Shown here: positions 55,042-64,000 of the stretch, in pieces
Layout of the letters: the number at the start of each line of letters is the position of its first letter
How positions within the stretch are numbered: the stretch's first letter is position 1
From: Podarcis filfolensis
Lineage: Eukaryota
NCBI GenBank assembly: GCA_964270895.1
Contig: OZ185436.1
Direction: 5' to 3' (one strand)
DNA length: 64,000 nt
The notes under the pieces: model-generated
Database searches by the model: none
Told to the model about the DNA's origin: nothing
Seen by the model: only the letters and a program-made list of their open reading frames with translations
Translations under genes and position numbers: made by a program

Positions 55042-55932
55042 TTACCAGCAGACTCTCAGCCTTCTAACCCACAAGGAGAGACATCTTTTCATTCAGTTCT
55101 GTTCTGTAGATCAGGGGGCAAAAGGAGCAACATCTCAATCCACATTATGCGGCTTAAAAAGTGGTCCAAAAGCAGCCTCAAACTATCCTTAGTTGAACAG
55201 AAGTGACCAATGGGTGACAAAATGCTCAATAGGAGAGAGAATATTTGCTAACATTTGCATCACTTTCCCTGCCTTTTCCACTGTAACACAATCAATTTTT
55301 CTCCTCTCTACAGTCTTGCAGGAACAAGGTGTGAAGCCTACTGTAGCACACCATTAGTGTAAGGATTTCTTAGCTTAATGAAAAGAAACACCACTCAACG
55401 GATCCAAGAATATGTGACAAGTGTGCTCAAGACAATTTTAAGTTGAAGGGAGCAGACCAGCAAGGTTGGAGTCAACTCATAAGTATTATAAGATAGAAGA
55501 ATTATAACGAGGATCTCCTGTTTCTCATTCTATGGCTTCATGCCTCTTCCTATAATATAGTTTTCCTCTCCCTGTAATATTGGAAAAACTACCAGAATTT
55601 GGCAGTGCTTCTGCTGTAGGGACTGCCAAGTCTCTCCTTTCAAACAAATGTATAGATTGTGTGGGGGGTTTTTTTCAGTTCAGCTCATTTAACACCAAAC
55701 AAAGACAGGTTGTGAAGACCACATTTGTGAGTAGAAAACTAGTTCCTTCTACTCCATCTGATTTCTCTTCCATGCTGTACTGGCAGTGAAGGCTAGGAGT
55801 CAGCAGAAAGGTGTGAGCAGGGGGCGAGAATCATCCAAGTATGCCAAGAATGGGGCAGAAGTAACGACCCTAGTTATGCTAGGTGGGGTAGCTTATGCAC
55901 AGCTGCAATAATGGGGCTGGGGGTAGCATTAC

Positions 55933-56169
55933 CTTGAGGATGAGTGGAGAGCTTGGCTTGAGCTCCAGCATTCCAGAGGGGAGAGACTCAAACACAGGGT
56001 CTGGGTAATAGACAAAGCTGGTTTTGTTGATGATCAGCAAGGCCTGGACATTATCCATGACAAAACCAATTTCATCTGGGCGATCACCAAACTCTGGAGG
56101 ACTCCGGACTGGGTTGTCAATGGAGGGAGCATAGCACACCATGGTGGTGTCGTTGTAGACTGTGCAGTT
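55933..56169 (-). CDS. PLXNA1: PLXNA1 exon ~18 (IPT): [20 protein letters not shown]...[24 protein letters not shown]
   Basis: 237 nt; TAG acceptor; GTAAT donor. Confidence 0.96.
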
Positions 56170-56228
56170 CTAGAAAGGAAGAAGCCACTAGATTTAACCC
56201 ACTGCCTTTCATTGGTTTCATCTGACTC

Positions 56229-56231
<3 letters not shown>

Positions 56232-56276
<45 letters not shown>
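56232..56276. repeat. (AC)22 microsatellite, read as (UG)n in the pre-mRNA
   Basis: Read directly. Confidence 0.95.
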
Positions 56277-56280
<4 letters not shown>

Positions 56281-56419
56281 GTTCAAGTGTAATTAATTCC
56301 CAGAAGGTTGTCTGTACCTTTCCCCTTCATTGAGGTAGCAGCATAATAATACATGGCAAGAAGTGCTGGCTTAGGTAGGAGGTTCAGACTGAAGGCACTT
56401 TGACATTCTCCATCTACGC

Positions 56420-56523
56420 TAGGGATGGGAAACTTGTGGCCACCAGATGTGGCTAGACCACAACTTCCATCATCCCTGGCCATTAGCTATGCTGGTTGGG
56501 TCTGATAGGACACCACATCTGGA
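56420..56523. mobile_element. hAT-type palindromic MITE, partial
   Basis: agggatgggaaacttgtggccaccagatgtggctagaccacaacttccatcatccctg; same core as 50793. Confidence 0.65.
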
Positions 56524-56610
56524 CAAAAGAATTAGTATGGGCAATCATGGCTGCCATGTGACTTCTAATTCCTTTTAAAAATGACTCCCTTAAGTCAAAG
56601 ATTTACTTAC

Positions 56611-56704
56611 ATTTTCACTCTCAGCAGAGCCATACTTGGCTCGGATCCTGGGTTCTTTGATAGTGGCCAGATTGGTGCCTGTCACAGTCAACAGTGTACC
56701 ACCA
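56611..56704 (-). CDS. PLXNA1: PLXNA1 exon ~17 (IPT): (S)[31 protein letters not shown]
   Basis: 94 nt; translated by hand; TAG acceptor; GTAAG donor. Confidence 0.96.
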
Positions 56705-58127
56705 CTAGAAAGCAAGCAAAAGTCGGGGTTAGACAAAAACTGCAGTGGGGTGGGCACAAGCAGCATGAACCGAACAAGGATGTCACTTCTACTCCGTTAT
56801 TTTAAAAGCTGCATGATCTCTCTTACCTTATGTTCAGGTTGGGGAAAACCAAACTACAAGATTAATTTTAGAGAGCAACTGGTGAAACTGAGAAAGCTTT
56901 CTGGATTCCACTCATCTCCAGGGTGCACCCAACCAAGAAGCCCTCCTGGCACACTAAAAGAATACCAGGACGACCAGCATCTTCTATCCCAGACTACCAC
57001 TTCTGCATTGGTGTTCAGAAGAGCCAGGACTACAAGAGATGCATCATACAACAGGAGCTGTTTTCAGTCTATTAGCTGTGCTTCTTTTGGGTCCCAATTC
57101 TACAAAGATGACAATGTAGGCTGTTTTTTAAGGCTAATATTTCTGAGGACCATTTCAAAGCGACATGACGTTGGGAGATCCATAATAAGATCTTACAGCT
57201 GTTTTGAGAAAAAAGCAGCTACAGAGACCCTTGAAATGGAGTCACGGCACTTGCCTGGAGGTGGGGGCTGACCCTTTCTTCACATGTATTTTTTCAAATT
57301 GACCCCCCCCACACACCAAAAAAAAGTTTATTTTTCTCCCTAGGAGAAAACAGTCACTCAGAAGGTAAAATGCTGCAGTGTTACCACTACTTCCAATCAC
57401 CATGACACCAATCTAATCCATCACCATCATAGTTCCTTTAACCTTGAAAATAAAGGAGACCCTCCTGACGTCACAGATCTTCTTACATCACATCTAACTA
57501 TGCTTTGCACACAGATGTCACCACTTACCATGTAGAGCAACACATAGATTTTACTCAAAATCACCAAAACAGAGGAAAAATATACAATTAGCAAGTGGTG
57601 TCAGGCAGCACTGGCCTACTTCTTTATGTCTATTGAACCTATTGAACCAGAGCTTACTTTCTTCCCTACATAACTAGATCCTCTTTAAAATAACCATAAT
57701 ACACATTTTTAAACACACATTCAGTGGCAAATTCCATTCTGAAAGTGTCATGCTCCTTCCATTTTTTATTTTGGACTTCCACATGGCGCCCAGTTGCAGA
57801 GGAAAATTTCCTGGGTCCTGCTTTGACTCTTTTGATCCTGGGCCTTAGATCACTGAAGTATACACTGCAAATAACAGGTAATTGCTGCTATAGCTCTTAT
57901 GGTTGTTACATTTCGTATTTCTACTATGGAAGAAAGTCAGCATCAGAATCAAAGGTCTGCTGCTTCAGGAGCTTTACAAAACTCACAGTTCTTATGTGTG
58001 GCTCATGGGAAGCACTGCAAGGCAAAGCAGCACCCCCCTCCACTGTTGTCAACTGAGTATAGGCAAAGTGTCATTTGCAGGGATGTGATTTAACTGGCTT
58101 AATGTTGGCATTAACCTCTGTTAGAGA

Positions 58128-58225
58128 CTGCTAGCTGCCCAGAGTGGCTGGGAAAACCCAGCCAGACGGGTGGGGTATAAATAATAAAATAATAAATATA
58201 ATAAAATAAAATTATTATTGTTATG
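58128..58225 (+). mobile_element. L2-type 3' tail fragment
   Basis: gctgcccagagtggctgggaaaacccagccagacgggtggggtataaataataa followed by an (A/T)AT-rich tail, as in lacertid L2 ends (from memory). Confidence 0.65.
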
Positions 58226-58505
58226 GCTAGACACTGAGAATGAACATGGGAACAGTGTTTTATTCTCTACTGACAGGCCGGCACACAGGGTGCTATGCAC
58301 GTCACACCACACCTCTTGCAGTGGGTTCCAGGAAGTGGGGTTCTGAGGAAATCATCCTGGTTTCTGGCAGAGTGACTTAGCAAAATGCAAAGCTTTTCAA
58401 AGTACAGCAAAGCTGCTAATAAATGGATGAACAACCACGGATATTCCTAATATGCACATTCTTTTCTTTATTTTTATCCTGCAAATCCATTCCCTTCAGT
58501 GCTAC

Positions 58506-58673
58506 CTGTTGATGCTCCATTCGGGGTCTATCTTCTGAATGGTGGGGTCATCTGTATAGAAATATGCCACCTCAGGGCTGCTAAGTATAGCCCGGTTTAT
58601 ATGGATGAGGATGGGAGACTCTCCTGAGCTTTGGCCAGGTGGTGTCCTGCACCGGATTTCAACAGCATTTCTC
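58506..58673 (-). CDS. PLXNA1: PLXNA1 exon ~16 (IPT): [55 protein letters not shown]
   Basis: 168 nt; CAG acceptor; GTAGC donor. Confidence 0.96.
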
Positions 58674-59723
58674 CTGTAAGACACAGAGAAAGAGGGAAAC
58701 AAAATCAACATCTGTAGCTATAAGAAGGGCCAACAAATATTCTTCCTGCTGCAATGTCATGCCACAATCTCAGCAACAAACTTGCTGGATACTCTGCCTG
58801 GTGTCAAGCTTTTTGATCTCTCTACCAACACTACATGGCAGCAAAAATGTGCCCCATTAAACAGATATGTGTAGTGCGCCAATGCCTTCTCACCACAAGC
58901 ACCATGGGCCACAGACTGTAGGTCTGATTCCCAAAGCTGCTCAGCTGAAGGGGAGACTGCTAATCTACAAAAGGGTAAAATAAGTCTACCTAAAGGTTTA
59001 GACATGGCATTTCCTGTAAATTCTAGCAGGAGCTGAGGAGTGCCCAAGGACAGCTGAGCTATTGATTGCATCAATGCAAATCCCATGTTGGCGTAGCCCT
59101 GAGCTCATATATGAATAAAATGTGGAAGAGAACCCAATGGAGCCTACTCTGAAAGAATCCAGCCTTGCTCCCAGGCCATGGCTCAGTCCAACTGTTCACA
59201 TCTGACACAAAGGAATAAAGGAATGAAGTGCCACCCTCTACATGTGGTACCCCATTTCTCCCTGACTTGGGGAAGTGATGCTAAAATTATCAGTTAACAC
59301 AAAAAGAAAAATAAAGCAAAGGCAGCCGGCAGAGCCAGCGCAACTCCGGAGCGTTCCCCATCATGCGGCTGCTGCAAACAGCAGCGATTAGAGCTGATAA
59401 CCAGTAATTACTGCACGAAAATATTTAAAGAGCCGCTCCATTATCATCCCTAATCTAAAAATTATCCACTTCATGGCTCAGGGATTTGTGCTTTTTAGAG
59501 GGAAAAGAAATTCAACAGTCTTCGGTCTTTTTAACCCCAAAATATAAAAAAATGAGCCTTGAAAAGAATTACACGGGAGTTTTTGCTTGGCTCCTTAAGA
59601 GTGGTACCTTATTTTAGAATACATACTCTCTCACACACACATCCTTGCATCCCCTTCGTTCACATCGCTCAGTGCATTTGGAGCACTCCACTCCACAACT
59701 GTTTCCACCCATGAGAGGCTCAC

Positions 59724-59860
59724 CTTGGAAAGGCGCACTGTTGCCCTCCAATGGTTACTGTGATGTCACTTCCTGCATCAAGGTGCTTTCCTTTTATGCT
59801 GATCCAGGTGCCCCCAGAGACAGGGCCCCGAGCTGGTGACACTTGCGAGAAAGTGGGAGT
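59724..59860 (-). CDS. PLXNA1: PLXNA1 exon ~15 (IPT): [45 protein letters not shown](R)
   Basis: 137 nt; translated by hand; CAG acceptor; GTGAG donor. Confidence 0.96.
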
Positions 59861-60148
59861 CTGTCAAAGGGAAACACAGCAAGTTCACAGAGTTCAGAAG
59901 GTGTCCTTGGTTCCCAGGAACACTAAAAGTGAATGCTGCAAGGGAAATTTCCTCTGACCTCAGCCATTTTGTGCACCACAGGGCCACAATACATTCTTTC
60001 ACTCTACTGGACACCTCTTGATAATAAAAAGTGGGTCAGATAGTCAAGCGCATAGGTGGCCTTGCAAAATTTAGATAAATAAAACTAATTATAGGAGGGA
60101 AGTGGGATTCAAAGTAAGGAAAGGTGATAGAAAAGAATATATCCTTAC

Positions 60149-60269
60149 CACAAAGGTGAAGCTTTTCGGGGATATAGCCTTGTAGCTGGGGGAGCAGTCC
60201 CTGACACAAACTTCCACAGGGGCCTCCTGGATTTTGCTTGGGCTGGCTTCTCCAATCTCACAGACGATC
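60149..60269 (-). CDS. PLXNA1: PLXNA1 exon ~14 (IPT): (Q)IVCEIGEASPSKIQEAPVEVCVRDCSPSYKAISPKSFTFV
   Basis: 121 nt; TAG acceptor; GTAAG donor. Confidence 0.96.
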
Positions 60270-61309
60270 CTAGGGAAGGCACAGTAAGTGATTGTGTAAC
60301 ATGTACGCAATGTCTCAGCAGAGCTGGCCTGCAGTTCTCAGGCCACCTGCTCAGGCCAAGAAGCCAGCTATTTCTGCTCTAATTTATAGTAAGGACAAGC
60401 ACTTGTCGTCACATTTTCCTGGGCTGTTGCTGTTGCTTTTTAATTAAATGCCATTTCACAATTTCAGGAAGTGATTTCTCAGCACATATCAAATTGACTT
60501 TTGAACAATAGGCATATCAAAACTGCAAAATATATAAAATATTACGAGTGCTGTAACACTCAACTCAGCAGGAAATCAATTAAAATTTAACAAAATACAA
60601 AGAGAAACAGAAAAGAACCCCTGTTTTCCCTCCTCCCTTACTCCTATTGCAGTTGTGTTAATGCACCGTCCATAAATTAAACAATGCGGAAAAAATCCTA
60701 CACATTTCCAGCACATGTATTTGAAATCACTGCTATCTGCATATGAAAGGAAAAGCACCCACATGTTCATAAATTGATTTCTCTTATTAAATCCTCTTGC
60801 TTTTTGAACTTGCTCTGTAAATTTATACATGTTTTTAAATTGGAATAGCCTGAGTTGTTAAGACAGTAGAACAAAGGAGGATATACAGAGAGAAAAGGAA
60901 GTTATTGCTTCCAGCTGGCTAGCCAGAATTGATCAGCTTTAGATAGTGCAGATCTCCCAACACACATCAAGGACTTTGCTAAGAAGCCAGAAAATACATT
61001 CAGAATATCCAGAGCGGGACTTTTAGCTAATGCTAACTCTGCAAAAGAACCCACCACCACTAAGGATAGAAAGTTAAAATCTTCCAAAATCATAGCTTCA
61101 AGAAAGCCTATGAAAGACTGGAAGACTAACTCTTCCAGTCAGTCATGCAGAGCCATTCACCAAAGATTTCTTACTAATGAAGTTAGATGAATCATTCTTA
61201 TAAAATGTTGCAAAATACTGACATTTTGCCAGTATTTTGTGCAACCAAATACAAAAGCTATCTAGAAAGATTCATTAGGTCTTTCTAGCCACTCTTCCAT
61301 CCATCTTTT

Positions 61310-61495
61310 TTCTCCAAACAACTCAAGAGAGGCGTTCATTCACTTGTCATCCTATTTAATATCGTAACTTCTCCATATGGGGAGGTTAGGACAAGAGATA
61401 CAGTAGTTACTCCTATGGTTACCCAGTGAGCTTCATAAGTAAGCAGGGAGCTGAACCGAGTCCCAGTTCAACTCTTATTGACTAGACCATATTGG
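61310..61495 (-). mobile_element. Degenerate tRNA-derived SINE
   Basis: ggttacccagtgagcttcat...gagctgaaccgagtcc; same family as 49445. Confidence 0.5.
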
Positions 61496-62190
61496 TCCTG
61501 CACATCCCACGATGTGCTGGCAGTGACATTTAGACCACCTGGTCACAGTAGTCACCTGAACTTCCAGGAGTAATGCTGCATCTAAGAATACTCCCAAATA
61601 GTGAATCTGATTCTTCAGAGCTATTGCAACCCCATCTCGGACTGGTTGGACTCTCAGTCCTGAATTAGCTTCTCTACTGAACAATTACACCTCTGTCGTA
61701 TATGGGCTGAGGCCTTGTTAGTCCTCATCAAGTCCTTCACTGCATCCAGACGACGGTTCAAAATTTCCACCACTTCATCAGATTAGTTGAAAAGGAGAGA
61801 TAGAGCTAGGTATCATCAGTGTATAGATGAGGCCACGCCCTGACACCTTCATGTAGACATTTTTTTAAAAGGAGGGGGTGAAAAAGGCCCACAAGCCAAC
61901 AACCAAGAGGCTGAGCAACACATCCCCCAAGACTACCTTCTGAACTTCTTCCACCATAAAATGATGTTCCCAGTGCCTATACCAGCCAAGCATCCCAGGA
62001 ATTCTCCATGGTATCAAATGCTGCAGAACCAACAGGGATAAACTCCCCAACTAGTTTCTGGCACAGATAATCCACCAATGCTGTTTTGGTCCCGAAACTA
62101 AGCCTGAAACCAGACTGGATAAGAAACAGATATGACCTCATCAACCCTAAGCAGCATCTTTAGCAAAAGCTTTTCTTTAGCAAAGCTTTG
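61495..62190 (-). mobile_element. L2 LINE reverse-transcriptase fragment, decayed
   Basis: The minus strand gives LIQSGFRLSFGTKTALV (cf. QSGFRPGHSTETAL), SAAFDT, NVYMK, YTDDT*LYLSF (cf. YADDTQLY) and YLGVFLDAALLLEVQV (cf. LGVLLD). Confidence 0.8.
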
Positions 62191-62289
62191 GCTTTTATCT
62201 TGGTCCAGCAAACCAGAGGACCAATATACTACTGAGATATTCCCACAGCCCATCCCTTCATTGCCAGCCCTCTTTTGGAGGTTACTTAC

Positions 62290-62441
62290 TGCTCAGCACT
62301 GATGTATTCACTCTCGATGGGCATGCACGTCACTTTGCCAACCCACACACCCAAGCGTACGTCCTCAAACTTCAGGCCCAGGTTCTCTCCAGTGATGGTT
62401 AAGCGAGTACCGCCCTGCCGGGGGCCTGTTTCAGGTGTCAG
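62290..62441 (-). CDS. PLXNA1: PLXNA1 exon ~13 (IPT): [50 protein letters not shown](Q)
   Basis: 152 nt; translated by hand; TAG acceptor; GTAAG donor; IPT signature [17 protein letters not shown]. Confidence 0.96.
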
Positions 62442-64000
62442 CTAGGAAGAAACAAACCAGACTGTTATTGGATTCATTAGGCCATTGTCAACAGTTTGCT
62501 TACATGCCATAACAACTCAGCAGCTCACCCAACATTTATATATCTAGGGCAAATTTAAATATCTACAGCTCCATGCAGGTTAGAAAATAAACATATAATC
62601 AGGTAAACTAAAATGAAGATAGCAAATGCTTAAAACCCAGACAGGTGTTCTGAATAGGTTGCTGTCTTCCAAGCAGTGATAATAATCCACCTTTCCCACC
62701 TCAACCTGTTGACAAAACATCCACTTCTCTGCTCCCCACAGTACTGCCACACAAACCAGGTATTGTTTTACACCAACTATTCACCATCTGCATGGTGGTA
62801 AGAACTTTGGTATTATTAAGGACAACCAGTGCGATATTTCAGCTTTGCCCTGAAGGACCAAGTCCCAGTCATTCCCTTTCAACCACAGCAACTAGAGAGA
62901 AGGCATCTGGGCCGTGCACACAGCGAAAATACATTTTACATTTCTGGAAAGCACTGGGAGTTTCATTGTGCTGGAGCACAGCAAAAAGAAAATAACACCC
63001 ATGCATCTATCCACCTGTGAATAAGCTTCAGGACACCTAAACCACATGTTTGGAATGGCTGGACTGTTGATCCTGCTAATATTCAAGCAGGTGGCTCCAA
63101 GGTATCACAATGGCTAATGTATGTAAGCTGTTGATTCACTCTGGCTCACTCTGCAGTTATGGTGATATGAAAATGGAAACAGTAAAAGTTTTTTTCCCCA
63201 TAGGATGGCTTGCTAATGGTCTCAACAACGGACTATCCTTCAGAATGGCACAGAACGTCCCACTTTTTTTTTACTTTTTTTTGGCATTCTGCATATCCTT
63301 GGCAAGGGCAGTGGACACTTGCAGAGAGGCTATTTTTCTTTCATGCTGTGAGTTAACAGAGGAAAAGTAATCTCTCCAGAGCCCTCCCCACCAAGGGAGA
63401 CACCAGTTAACCCCTGTAAAGTGGATCCTCTCTTTCCCTACCAACTCTGGTGTATCCCAGCATGTGAAGTTTCTGACAGCACCAGCTGGGGAGGGAGGGG
63501 AGCCCCAGTGAGCACGATATGCCTCATTTGTTAAGATGATTCCCAATAAAGCGGACAGGTGTGGCTTGACACACACTGCGTGATGACGGATGAGCAGTGT
63601 GGCACGGGCCCACCATTGCCACTAACAAGGCAATTATGGGCAATTTTACACCACATTTTGCTGCCCCCCTGGTGCTCAGCACACACCTGCAAGTGATAAG
63701 ACGATTAATGGGCATGCAGGTGGAGAAAGCTCTGTGCTGGGTCACTGGCAACCCCAAGCCAAGGGAAGTGGGCTCCAGGAGAAAGAAGCCTCAGCATAGT
63801 CATTGTTGATGCACTGAAATAGGCCTAGCAAAACCAACTGCAGATTGCTTACCTGACCAGTCAACATTAAAGCTACTGGTCCCACTGTTCCTGCTGGCTC
63901 TGCATACAGCCTAAACTTTCTAAGCTGGTGGGAAGTAGCAACCATGCCTGAGAACACATCCCCATTATTTGCTTAAATCTGCATCCTGCCAGCTTCCAAA

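Noticed and set aside
56636-57271. 211-aa plus-strand ORF and other long ORFs in the track (e.g. 45689, 48649, 49862)
   Set aside because: No recognisable domains; they are antisense overlaps with exons or repeats, or random open frames.
63659-63676. CTCF-like site GCACCAGGGGGGCAGC
   Set aside because: Six G residues instead of five break the consensus spacing.
63742-63957. Strong donor CAG|GTAAGC at 63852 as the preceding plexin exon
   Set aside because: The sequence upstream does not translate to the expected AHLYKC...DPKILK peptide; that exon lies outside the window.

Overview
Squamate genomic DNA, most likely a lacertid lizard given the lacertid-type Sauria SINE. It contains the 3' two-thirds of a plexin-A1 gene (PLXNA1) on the minus strand. 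I traced 20 coding exons between 62441 and 2409. All have GT-AG boundaries and compatible phases, and they sum to 3084 nt (1027 aa plus TGA). They encode four IPT/TIG domains, the transmembrane helix and the whole cytoplasmic GAP/RBD region. Upstream exons lie beyond the right edge, and the 3' UTR probably runs off the left edge. The introns carry typical squamate repeats: a 5'-truncated RTE LINE nested in an older SINE, a Sauria SINE, L2 and CR1 fragments, tRNA-derived SINEs, Tc1/mariner, hAT and Harbinger-type MITEs, and microsatellites. There is one 132-N assembly gap. Almost all other ORFs in the track are spurious. I see no convincing new biological system. The best leads are two candidate unannotated microexons (18 nt in frame at 27066-27083; 28 nt frameshifting at 42343-42370), microsatellites at splice sites, and several CpG- and motif-rich intronic segments that look like enhancers. 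Exon numbers follow my recollection of the human 32-exon structure. Family names and comparisons to human come from memory, not from a database search.
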